Shown: one piece after another, positions 21,421-31,800 of the stretch
Layout of the letters: every line of letters starts with the position of its first letter
How positions within the stretch are numbered: the stretch's first letter is position 1
Origin: an uncultured Clostridia bacterium
GTDB taxonomy: Bacteria > Bacillota > Clostridia > TANB77 > CAG-508
DNA: 64,000 nucleotides
Reading direction: 5' to 3'
NCBI GenBank assembly: GCA_963559065.1
Contig: CAUWIY010000001.1
Coordinates: forward strand, 5,211-69,210
The notes under the pieces: model-generated
Told to the model about the DNA's origin: nothing
Databases searched by the model: none
Seen by the model: only the letters and a program-made list of their open reading frames with translations
Made by a program: the position numbers and the translations under genes

Positions 21421-23169
21421 ATGTCAAATTTAATAATTGCAGATAAATTAAGAAAAAAATATCATAAATGTGATCAAGTAACAAATTTAAAAGAGATGTT
21501 ATATAGGTCAGCAGACATTTATAAAAATAGAATTGCATTTAAGTTAAAAGATGAAAATAAAAAAATATATACAGTAACTTATGAAGAATTTAAGAATGAT
21601 GTTGTAGCATTAGGAACTTATTTAATTGAGAAAGGACTAGAAAACAAGAAGATAGCAGTTATTGGAAAGAATTCTTATAAATGGGCAGTTTCTTATTTTG
21701 CAGCTACAATAGTAGGAGTTGTAGTTCCAATTGATAAAGAACTTCATTCAGATGATGTAATAAATTTTATGAATGTATCAGAAACTAAATGTATTTTAGG
21801 AGATATAAAAATTTTAAAACAAATAGAACAAAATATGCAAAAATTAGAAAATAAAGATACAATGTTTCTAGCTTTTGATATAAAACAAAATAAAGAAATT
21901 ATTAAAACATATAAAGAGGCTCTAGAAAAAGGAAAAAATTTTGTAAGTGAGGGAAATAATAAATTTGAACAAATTAATATAAATCCAGATGAATTAAAAA
22001 TTTTGTTATTTACATCTGGAACAACAGGAAATGCAAAAGGTGTATGTTTATCACAACGTAATATTTGTTCTAATATTTTATCAATATATGGAATTGTAAA
22101 AGTAAAAAGAAGTGATTTGTTTTTTTCTATTTTACCACTACATCATACATATGAATGTACAATAGGATTTTTACTACCAATTTATGGCGGAGCAAGTATT
22201 TGTTATTGTGAAGGATTAAGATATATATCAAATAATATGCTAGAATTTCATCCTTCTGTAGTATTGTGTGTACCATTGCTATTGGAAAGTATATATAAAA
22301 AAATAATGAAAAACTTAAATAAATCTTTGCCTGAAAAATATACAAAAAATGAGTCAAATATGATTGAGAAATTACCATTTTTCTTAAAGGCAATTGTAAA
22401 AAATAAAGTTAAAAATACTTTAGGTGGAAGAATAAGAGTATTTATAGTAGTGGCAGCTCCAGTAAATCCAGAAATAGCAGATACACTAGAAAAGTTAGGA
22501 TTAAATTCATTACAAGGATATGGATTAACAGAATGTGCACCACTTGTTGCAGGAAATACAGATTTTTATAAAAGAAATGATAGTGCAGGATTACCAATTC
22601 CAAATGTAGAATATAAAATAGAAAATCCTGATTCTGAAGGAGTGGGAGAAATTATAGTAAAAGGTCCAAATGTTATGCTTGGATATTATCAAATGCCAGA
22701 AGAAACAGAAAAAATAATGAAGGATGGATGGTTTCATACAGGAGATTTAGGAAAAATAGATGAAGAAGGATTTTTATATATTACAGGAAGATGTAAAAGT
22801 GTAATTGTAACTAAAAATGGAAAAAATATATATCCAGAGGAAATAGAATATTATTTAAATGATAGTCCATTAATATCTGAAGCATTAGTACAAGGAATAA
22901 AAAAAGAAAATGATGATGAGACATATGTTAATGCACAAATTTTTCCAAATATAGATGCAATTACAGAGTATTTAAAAGGAGTAGTTCCAACAAAAGAGGA
23001 AATTAAAAAAGTAATATCAGATGTTGTAGCAAATGTTAATAGCAAAATTCCAAATTATAAACATATTAAAAATTTTGTTATAAGAGAAAAAGAATTTGAA
23101 AAAACAACTACACAGAAAATTAAAAGATATGGTGATAACATGAAAATAGAAAACAACAATAAAAATTAA
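21421..23169 (+). CDS. AMP-dependent long-chain fatty acid-CoA (or acyl-ACP) ligase
   Basis: FTSGTTGNAKGV AMP-binding motif, plus GYGLTE and TGDLG motifs. Paralogous to 36146-37852. Confidence 0.85.
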   Translation: MSNLIIADKLRKKYHKCDQVTNLKEMLYRSADIYKNRIAFKLKDENKKIYTVTYEEFKNDVVALGTYLIEKGLENKKIAVIGKNSYKWAVSYFAATIVGVVVPIDKELHSDDVINFMNVSETKCILGDIKILKQIEQNMQKLENKDTMFLAFDIKQNKEIIKTYKEALEKGKNFVSEGNNKFEQININPDELKILLFTSGTTGNAKGVCLSQRNICSNILSIYGIVKVKRSDLFFSILPLHHTYECTIGFLLPIYGGASICYCEGLRYISNNMLEFHPSVVLCVPLLLESIYKKIMKNLNKSLPEKYTKNESNMIEKLPFFLKAIVKNKVKNTLGGRIRVFIVVAAPVNPEIADTLEKLGLNSLQGYGLTECAPLVAGNTDFYKRNDSAGLPIPNVEYKIENPDSEGVGEIIVKGPNVMLGYYQMPEETEKIMKDGWFHTGDLGKIDEEGFLYITGRCKSVIVTKNGKNIYPEEIEYYLNDSPLISEALVQGIKKENDDETYVNAQIFPNIDAITEYLKGVVPTKEEIKKVISDVVANVNSKIPNYKHIKNFVIREKEFEKTTTQKIKRYGDNMKIENNNKN

Positions 23170-23341
23170 ATAATATATGTAGAATATAAGAAGAAAACAT
23201 AAAAAGATTAATCATATATTTTATAATATAAAGAAAAAGGAATAAACTATAAGTCTATTCCTTTTTACAATAGAGAATAATTAATATTATTTTCTATCAA
23301 TATACTAAATAAATATTTAGAATATTATGTTTTGAGTAGGA

Positions 23342-23458
23342 TTAGCAACATCCTCCTCTGCCACCACCGCAACAGCAGCAAATTAATAATATAAGGATAA
23401 TAATCCAGCAGCAGTCATCACCAAATCCGAAACCACCACATCCTCTGTTTTCTGGCAT
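23342..23458 (-). CDS. Tiny (38 aa) Cys/Gly-rich single-TM peptide
   Basis: RBS AGGGGG upstream. Translation MPENRGCGGFGFGDDCCWIIILILLICCCCGGGRGGCC. Resembles tiny Gly/Cys-rich TM sporulation peptides (YjcZ-like) of Firmicutes. Confidence 0.5.
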   Translation of the reverse strand: MPENRGCGGFGFGDDCCWIIILILLICCCCGGGRGGCC

Positions 23459-23692
23459 AGTATAGACCCCCTTTCAGAAGAAATTTTCTTTTTGTTTGTT
23501 CCTTTGTATAATACATATTATGAAAAAATAGAAAATTGGTTACAGTATTTAAATAATTTTTTTAAAGATATTAAAAATTAGCTAATCTAGCAAATTGTAA
23601 TTAAATAAAAAAGTAAGAAGTTAAATAAAAAACTTGAATAACAGCTTTATTTTGTATATAATGAACAAAAATAAACGAAAGAAGGTAATTGT

Positions 23693-25000
23693 ATGGCAAA
23701 TGTAAAATTAGATTTAAAGAATTCAGGAATTACAGAAAAAAACATATTAGAATATAAGGAACAAGTAGAAAATATACACAAAGAATTACATAAAAGAGCA
23801 AATGATGAAAAAGATTTTGTAGGTTGGTTAGAATTACCAACAAACTATGATAAAAAGGAATTTGAACGAATTAAGAAAGTAGCAAAAAAAATAAATAAAG
23901 AGTCTGATGTTTTGATAGTAATCGGTATAGGTGGTTCTTATTTAGGAGCAAGAGCTGTTATAGAGGCATTAACAAGTTCATTTTATAATATATTACCAGA
24001 TGAAAGAAGAAAAAATTTACAAATCTTATATGTTGGAAATAATTTAAGCCCAAACTATATTAATGAATTATTAGAAGCAATAGAAGGTAAAGATTTTTCA
24101 ATTAATGTTATATCAAAATCAGGAACAACAACAGAACCAGCAATTGCATTTAGAATTTTTAGAGAAATACTAGAAAACAAATATGGAATTGAAGAAGCAA
24201 GAAGTAGAATTTATGTAACAACAGATAAAGAAAAAGGAGCTTTAAAAACATTAGCAGATGAAGAAGGATATGAGAAATTTGTTATACCAGATAATGTTGG
24301 AGGAAGATATTCTGTTTTAACTGCTGTAGGTTTACTTCCGATTGCGTGTAGTGGAATTAATATTGATAAATTAATGGAAGGTGCTCAAATAGCAAAAGAA
24401 AGATATGATGACCCAAATTTAAAATATAATGAATGTTACAAATATGCAGTTGTAAGAAATATTTTATATAAACTATATAAAAATACAGAGATATTGGTAA
24501 ATTATGAACCTAAAATGCACTTTTTTACAGAATGGTGGAAACAATTATATGGAGAAAGTGAAGGGAAAGATGAAAAAGGAATTTTTCCAGCAGGAGTTGA
24601 TTTTACAACAGATTTACATTCTATGGGACAATATATTCAACAAGGTAGAAGAAATTTGTTTGAAACAGTAATAAATATAGAAAATTCAAATTCAGATATT
24701 ACTATACAAAAAGATGAAGATAATTTAGATGGATTAAATTATTTGTCAGGAAAAACATTAGACTATGTAAATAAAAAAGCAATGGAAGGGACAATAAAAG
24801 CACATGTTTCAGGAGATGTACCAAATATTGTAATAAATATAGAAAAATTAGATGAAGAAAATTTGGGTGAATTGATATACTTCTTTGAAAAAGCATGTAG
24901 TATTTCTGGAATGATTTTAGGAGTAAATCCATTTAATCAACCAGGAGTAGAAGAGTATAAAAAGAATATGTTTCATCTATTAAAAAAACCAGGGTTTTAA
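23693..25000 (+). CDS. pgi: Glucose-6-phosphate isomerase
   Basis: [21 protein letters not shown] and GGRYSVL motifs. Confidence 0.95.
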   Translation: MANVKLDLKNSGITEKNILEYKEQVENIHKELHKRANDEKDFVGWLELPTNYDKKEFERIKKVAKKINKESDVLIVIGIGGSYLGARAVIEALTSSFYNILPDERRKNLQILYVGNNLSPNYINELLEAIEGKDFSINVISKSGTTTEPAIAFRIFREILENKYGIEEARSRIYVTTDKEKGALKTLADEEGYEKFVIPDNVGGRYSVLTAVGLLPIACSGINIDKLMEGAQIAKERYDDPNLKYNECYKYAVVRNILYKLYKNTEILVNYEPKMHFFTEWWKQLYGESEGKDEKGIFPAGVDFTTDLHSMGQYIQQGRRNLFETVINIENSNSDITIQKDEDNLDGLNYLSGKTLDYVNKKAMEGTIKAHVSGDVPNIVINIEKLDEENLGELIYFFEKACSISGMILGVNPFNQPGVEEYKKNMFHLLKKPGF

Positions 25001-25042
25001 ATGACAAATTAAAGAATTAGATATTAAGAAGGTATAGAAGAA

Positions 25043-25768
25043 ATGATTATTAAAGAAGATTTTAAAATGCAACTAAAAGACATAGGAAAAGAAAATTATA
25101 TTAAAAATAGAGCAATTTTGGAAATATTTGAAAATATTGGCACACATCATTCAGATTTAGCAGGATATGGTCCATTAGATATACAAAGAACAGGAGTATC
25201 TTGGGTATTACTGGATTGGAAATTAAAAATCTTAAAAAGACCCAAATATGGTGAAAATCTACATGTAAACACATGGGGAAGAATTAAGAAAAAAGTATAT
25301 ACATATCGTGATTTTGAAATGTATGATGAAGAAAATAATTTGTGTGTAATAGGAACATCAAAATGGGCTTTAATAGATATAAGTACAGGTAGAATTACAA
25401 GAATAACAGATGATATTTATGAAAAATATCAACTTGAGGAAAAAAGGGTATTTAATGAAGAAGAACTAAATAAAATAGAAGCACCAAAATGTTTTTTATC
25501 AGAGATAAACTATAAAATAAGTAGAAGAGATATTGATATAAATGGACATATGCACAATTTGTATTATTTAGACTTAGCTTATGAAGCTTTACCAGAAGAT
25601 GTTTATGAAAAAAGACCATTTGACAATGTTAGAATACAATATAAAAAAGAAGTAAAATATGGTGATGAGGTAGTTTGTAAATATACATTTGTAGAAAATA
25701 AGCATATAGTATCAATATATAATAAAGAAGAAAAAGATAAACTACATGCTATAATTGAACTATTTTAG
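25043..25768 (+). CDS. Acyl-ACP thioesterase (FatA/B-like hotdog pair)
   Basis: Bacterial acyl-ACP thioesterase pattern (WVLLDWKL..., DINGHMHN). The start could be 25064. Confidence 0.75.
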   Translation: MIIKEDFKMQLKDIGKENYIKNRAILEIFENIGTHHSDLAGYGPLDIQRTGVSWVLLDWKLKILKRPKYGENLHVNTWGRIKKKVYTYRDFEMYDEENNLCVIGTSKWALIDISTGRITRITDDIYEKYQLEEKRVFNEEELNKIEAPKCFLSEINYKISRRDIDINGHMHNLYYLDLAYEALPEDVYEKRPFDNVRIQYKKEVKYGDEVVCKYTFVENKHIVSIYNKEEKDKLHAIIELF

Positions 25769-25940
25769 ACTATTTATATAATTAGGGAATAATTTTTTAA
25801 AATATTATAAAAAATATTTAGTTTTAAGTTAGTAAAGTATAATTGTGACATCAAATATTTATAAAAAATGAAAAAATAGTTGAAAAATGAGGAATAAATA
25901 TGGTATAATAGAACACGGTTTAAAAAAGGGAGGAATAATA

Positions 25941-27383
25941 ATGAAAGAAGTTTTAAGAAAAACAAATATTATTGGTACAATAGGACCAGCTAGTGAAAGT
26001 GAAGAAATGTTTACAAAACTTGTAAAAGCTGGATTAAATGTTGCAAGAATTAACTTTTCACATGGAGGATATGAAGAAAATGCAGTTAAAATAGCAACAA
26101 TTAAAAAAGTAAGAGAGGAATTAAACCAACCAGTAGCATTAATGCTAGATACAAAAGGTCCAGAAATTAGAACAGGAAAATTAGAATCTGGAGATGAAAA
26201 GGTATTACTTGAAGAAGGTCAAGAATTTACATTTATGAATGAAGATATTATCGGAGATAATACAAAAGCATCTATAAGCTATAAAAATTTATATCAAGAT
26301 GTAAAACCAGGAGCAACAATATTAGTTGATGATGGAGCAATTGAATTTAAAGTAGTAGAAGTTATTGGAAAAGATGTTAAATGTAAAGTAGTAAATACAG
26401 GAAAATTAGGAAGTAGAAAAACAGTAAATGTACCTGGATTAAAATTAAATTTACCAGCATTATCACAAAAAGATATTGATGATATAACAAATGGAGTTAA
26501 AGCTGGATTTGATATGATAGCAGCTTCTTTCGTAAGAAGAGCATCAGATGTTCAAGAAATTAGAGATTTATTAAATAAAAATGGTGGAGCTCATGTTAAA
26601 ATCATTTCAAAAATCGAAAGCCAAGAAGGTATAGACAATTTTGAAGAAATTTTAGCTTTAACAGATGGAATTATGGTTGCTCGTGGAGACATGGGTGTTG
26701 AAATACCAATGGAACAAGTTCCAATAGTACAAAAACATTTTATTAAAAGATGTAATGAAGTTGGGAAACCAGTTGTAACAGCAACACAAATGTTAGAGTC
26801 AATGACATCTAATCCAAGACCAACAAGAGCAGAAGTAAGTGACGTTGCAAATGCAGTATATGATAGAACAAGCTGTATAATGCTTTCTGGAGAATGTGCA
26901 ATGGGTAAATATCCTGTTGAATGTGTTGAAGCAATGGTTAAAATTTCAAAATCAATAGAAGGAACAGTAAACTACTGGAAAAGATTTGACAAAAAGAATT
27001 ATGATTTAGACTCTAAAGATTTAGAAGCAAATATTGCTTATACAACATGTGTAACAGCTAAAAATGTAGAAGCAGATGCAATAGTTGCATATACAAACAC
27101 AGGAGATTCAGTAAGAAGAATTGCTGGAATGGGACCTGCTTGCCCAATCTTTGCAGTAACAGATAATGAATCAACATATTATCAATTATCAGTTGCATGG
27201 AATGTAACACCAATTTTAGTAAAAGACAAAAAATCAATAGAAGAAACAATTGAAGCTGGATTAGCTACATTAGAAGCTCAAAATGTTTTAGAAAAAGGTG
27301 ATACAGTGGTATTAGCTGGTGGAGCTAAAATATTACAAAATGCAACAGAAAACAAAGTAATTGGTGGAGTTGTAAGAATATAG
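25941..27383 (+). CDS. pyk: Pyruvate kinase
   Basis: KIIGTIGPAS, ARINFSHG, MVARGDMGVEIP and ATQMLESM motifs. The start follows GGGAGG. Confidence 0.95.
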   Translation: MKEVLRKTNIIGTIGPASESEEMFTKLVKAGLNVARINFSHGGYEENAVKIATIKKVREELNQPVALMLDTKGPEIRTGKLESGDEKVLLEEGQEFTFMNEDIIGDNTKASISYKNLYQDVKPGATILVDDGAIEFKVVEVIGKDVKCKVVNTGKLGSRKTVNVPGLKLNLPALSQKDIDDITNGVKAGFDMIAASFVRRASDVQEIRDLLNKNGGAHVKIISKIESQEGIDNFEEILALTDGIMVARGDMGVEIPMEQVPIVQKHFIKRCNEVGKPVVTATQMLESMTSNPRPTRAEVSDVANAVYDRTSCIMLSGECAMGKYPVECVEAMVKISKSIEGTVNYWKRFDKKNYDLDSKDLEANIAYTTCVTAKNVEADAIVAYTNTGDSVRRIAGMGPACPIFAVTDNESTYYQLSVAWNVTPILVKDKKSIEETIEAGLATLEAQNVLEKGDTVVLAGGAKILQNATENKVIGGVVRI

Positions 27384-27544
27384 TTATTGGTAAACAATGC
27401 CTATTTTTTAGATATAAATAATTTAATATGTAATAATAAAAATTAGAAGTAAAAAACGAAAAGTTTAACTTCTAATTTTTTTGTTCATATATAGTAGCAA
27501 AAGTCGAAAAAACTCATATAATGATACTAAAGGAGGAAACAAAT

Positions 27545-27925
27545 ATGTTTGGAAGATATAAACAATGTAGTTGTATGAATAATGAATTTAAAAATTCATG
27601 CGACTTAAACAATGACATTATAGAAGAAAGCTGTAATAATACAGCAAATAATTTTTATTCATCATGTAATCAAAAAGATTATATGGATTGTTGTGAATGT
27701 GGTTTTGATGAAGAATACAATGTATTTCCAGAAAATCCAATGTTGGCACAAAGCTATGTACCAATACAATATATGAATAAAACTTTTAAACCATGTGTGG
27801 GCCTAAAAATGGGAACAATCTTTCCTGAATTAGTGAGTCCATACGAACCTTGTCAATCTATGCGTGAAATAGATTTTATAGCATCAAGAAATACTATAAA
27901 GGAGGGGTGTAACAAATGTCAGTAG
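27545..27925 (+). CDS. cotJA: Spore coat-associated protein CotJA
   Basis: C-terminal MLAQSYVPIQYMNKTF...GTIFPEL motif of the CotJA family. RBS AAGGAGG. Overlaps the cotJB start. Confidence 0.8.
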   Translation: MFGRYKQCSCMNNEFKNSCDLNNDIIEESCNNTANNFYSSCNQKDYMDCCECGFDEEYNVFPENPMLAQSYVPIQYMNKTFKPCVGLKMGTIFPELVSPYEPCQSMREIDFIASRNTIKEGCNKCQ

Positions 27926-28247
27926 AAGAAAATAGAAATTGTGGATGTAATGATAACAATATGAATGATTTTTGTGATATGCCAAATATGGTTAATAATA
28001 GTCAAGGAAGAACTATAGACTGTTGTGCAAAAGAGGAAATGTTACAACAAATTAGATGTTATGAATTTGCAATTAATGAACTTGCATTATATTTAGATAC
28101 GCACCCACAAGATGATAAAGCTTTATGTTTGCATAGAAAGTATTGTAGAGAAGCAAAAGAATTAAAAGATAAATATCAAAAGGTTTATGGACCATTGACA
28201 ATTAATTTCCCATGTAATAAGTGGAGATGGATTGAAGAACCATGGCC
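27916..28247 (+). CDS. cotJB: cotJB 5' segment, interrupted after ...KWRWIEEPWP
   Basis: CotJB core LQQIRCYEFAINELALYLDTHPQDDKAL...YGPLT. The ORF then runs into unrelated sequence (SFILGVDIYSFLFQ*). The family-typical PWPWE end is found at 35526-35552. Confidence 0.85.
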
Positions 28248-28321
28248 TTCATTTATTTTGGGAGTAGATATTTATTCTTTTTTATTTCAATGAGAAAATA
28301 ATTTTAAATTTCAGTTTTTTT

Positions 28322-28647
28322 ATTACTTGTTATGCTATGATGTTATAATACATAATATATTTGTTCATTACATTTGTTAAAAATTTGTAATTGTTTATCT
28401 TAAGCCTCTTTCACTCAGGCCTACAATGAATATAGTTATATTTTTATAACTTTTCGAATGTGATTGGAGCAATAGTAGAAATTATTTTAGAATTTCTTAT
28501 GTTGTGTATTGAACCGAGAAAATTATCAAAATATAACTATATTCATTGTATCCGTGAACATTACTCAAGATAAGCAATAACAAATTTTAAAACTCATTAC
28601 ATTCAAGCATATATTATGTATTATAACATCATAGCATAACGAGTAAT
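28322..28647. repeat. Long imperfect palindrome (two ~125 bp inverted arms around an 83 bp centre)
   Basis: Perfect 30-mer 28329-28358 matches the reverse complement of 28611-28640. Perfect 23-mer 28422-28444 matches the reverse complement of 28528-28550. The arm segments in between look largely similar by eye. Confidence 0.85.
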
Positions 28648-28681
28648 GAAAAGAACGAACCTTAAAGAAAATAATCATAAA

Positions 28682-28710
28682 TTGACAAAATTTGCATTAT
28701 ATGTTATTAT
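28682..28710 (+). promoter_or_regulatory. SigA-type promoter for the element-1 cargo genes
   Basis: TTGACA, a 17 nt spacer ending in TGt, then TATTAT (extended -10). Confidence 0.55.
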
Positions 28711-28841
28711 ATATATGTATAAAAAGTTTTGAAAAGTATATATACATGGCAGAAAAAATTATTAAAATAAGGATTATCTAAAATGTTAATATGCTTTATA
28801 TTTTTGCAATATTATATAAAAATAAGTATGGAGGAAATTAG

Positions 28842-31800
28842 ATGAAAAATAAAATCGAAATAAAAATTTTAAGCACTATATTAATAATATTTATGTTGTG
28901 TCAGATTGTTTTACCAACATATTCTAGTGCAATTAAAACAACAAATACTAATACAAAAGTAATAACAGATAAAACAACAGAAAATAATTATTATTACATT
29001 TCAGACTTAGAATATATAACTGAAAATAGATGGTCATATGTAGGCTATGGAAATATTATGAAAGATAAAAATATTGATGGTGGAAAAATTAGCTTACTAA
29101 TGGATGGAACACGAGTTTATTTTAGTAAGGGAATGGGAGCACATGCTTCATCACAACTTACTTATGATATTTCTGCGTATTCTGATACATATACACGTTT
29201 TGTTGCAAAACTTGGGATAGATAGTTCGAGAAATGGATTAGGAGAAGTTTGGTTTAAAATAACAGCTTCTAATGATGGAAATGAATGGACAGAACTTTAC
29301 AAATCAGATACAATAACTTCTGGACAAAATGCAATAGAAGTTGATATTGATATTGCAAACTATAAATATTTAAGATTATTTGCAGATAAAAATGGTGGAA
29401 ATGCAAGTGACCATGCAGTTTATGCAGATGCAAGAATTGTAAAAGAGAATTATGATATTTCTTCAGAGTTATATCAAGGAATACAACCACTTTCATATTA
29501 TGATGAAATTCTTTCAAAAAATACACCAGAAAAAAATTATGCAAATAATTTAGATTTGGTATTAAAAAGAGAATTTGTTAACAGAATGGGATATTGGACA
29601 TTACAAAACAGTATAAAAGATGATACTACAGGAGAAATAAAAGAGACAATAGAGTGGCTTTTAAATGATAAAAATGCTTTACAATTATTTATAGAAACAG
29701 GAAATGTTGGAGATGTTTTAAAATGTTTAAATTCTCTTAAAACACTATATAAAAATTATAAAGACATTTTATCAGATGAAGGAGATGGATTAATATATAA
29801 AAAGATGTTAATTGCTTTGGCTGTTGTATATAGTACAGATTTACTATCAACACCATTAAGTTTTAATTCACCAGGATCTTCTTATGATATTGTTGAAAAA
29901 TATAAGATTATTAAAGAATTATATGATAATAATTTATTTGCAAGAAAAGAAGAATTTAAAAATTATAGTATGGAATTAATTAGATTTGTTATGAATGACT
30001 CTGTTGCAAATAATGAAATAAAATGGTTACGTGGATATTCAGAAACAAGATATTCAGATGATTTAAATCAACGTTTAAATCCATATAGTTATATGCCATA
30101 TGTTTCTCCAAATTATAATCAAGATAAATTATATGATAAAAACAACTATGATAATTACAACAATAAATATAAATTAAGTGAATATAATATACCATATGGT
30201 TTAAATGAAGATGGAAGCAAAACATCGAGAACATGGATGGTAATGGAAGCTGGTGGAATCTGTTGGAATATTTCAAGATTAGGACAAAACTTAAGTAAAG
30301 TACATGGAATTCCATCAGTAGGGGTATATCAACCAGGACATGAAGCGTATCTAACTTATTCAGAAGATTCAAATGGAAACGGAATGTGGAATATAGGAAA
30401 TAATATATCTGGATGGGGACAAAGTTGTACTACATGGTATGGAGGAAATCGATATCGTCTATTATTTAACTGGAATAATAAGTCATTTACAAAAATGCAC
30501 ATGAACAATTCTCAAGTTGGTAACAGTGCTGGCTACCAGTTATTAGGACAAGCGGCATTAAACAATTATAAAAAATATCAAGAATCTTTCTATTATAATT
30601 TAATTGCTAATTCATATGATGATTTAAGCAAAAAAGAAGAAATTTATAATAAATCTTTAGAAAAATTAAATATTAATTTAGATACTTATGATAATTTGAT
30701 TAATATTTATAAACAACAAGGAAACAAAACAAGTGCAGAATGGAAAAAGCTTGCTAAAAAAATAATTGACTCTTATACATATTATCCAATGGCAATGGTA
30801 GATTTGTTAAAACTTATAGAACCATACTTAAACAATGATGATACAGTAGAAATAGATATGCTAAAAACAGATGCACTAAATAAAGCTTCAAAAGCAACAG
30901 ACAAAGAAAGTTTACAACCAAATGCTTGTAAAGAAATCGCAAATGCGTTAATAGGAACAGATAAAGTTGATTTAGCATCATTCTCATTTGATGGAGAAAA
31001 TGCTGGAAAAATAGTTATGAATTCAAAATATGATGATTATGATTTTCAAGTTCAATATAGTTTAGATGGTGGAAAAAGTTGGAAAGCAACATTAGAACAT
31101 AAAATTTTACTTTCAAAAGAACAGATAGAGAGTATAACTGCTAAAAACGATATAAAAGTAAAAATCTCTGGTTCGAAAGAAGTATTTACAATTGATATTG
31201 TTGAAGGACAAGATATTTCTTTGAATTCACTTACAATAAATGATGAAGAAGATATTTTTGTTGGTAAAGTTAATAATTTAGAATATAGTGTAGATGGTGG
31301 GAAAACATGGTCAGATTATAATAATTCTATTCATTTTGAAGGAACACAAAAAATCAAAGCTAGATATAAAGCATATGATAGATATTTAAGTGGAAATATT
31401 ACAGAGTTTGAGTTTACTAAAGATACAAATCCAGAAACAAACAAATATATAAGCATAAAGAATCTAAGTTTTGTTTCATCAGGAGTTTCACAAAATGGAT
31501 TTGCTCCTGAAAATATGATTGATGCTAGTCCTTTTACATCATGGCATACAAAATATGGAGAAGTAGCTAAGGATAAGACATATGTTATAAGCTTAGATAA
31601 AGTAAGATATTTATCTCAAATTACATATGACCCAGCAGGATTAAATGGAAGAATAAAATCAGCAAAAGTATATGTTAGTTTAGATGGAGAAGAATGGACT
31701 TTAGTAGCAGAAGAGACAAATCTAGCTAATAACGAAGATAGAAAAACAATTAAATTAGCAGAATCTATGCCAGCAAAATATGTAAAAATAGAGGCAACTG

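Noticed and set aside
27485-27522. A sigma E/sigma K-type mother-cell promoter upstream of cotJA (CATATAAT at 27515-27522, ATA-rich -35 candidates at 27485-27493).
   Set aside because: The -10-like box is plausible, but the spacing to any ATA or AC -35 element is 21-25 nt, outside the usual 16-18 nt. This is not strong enough to call.
28322-28647. The long palindrome as a Rho-independent terminator for cotJB read-through.
   Set aside because: No U-tract follows the hairpin on either strand, and the stem is far longer than typical intrinsic terminators. It is kept as an unexplained structure instead.
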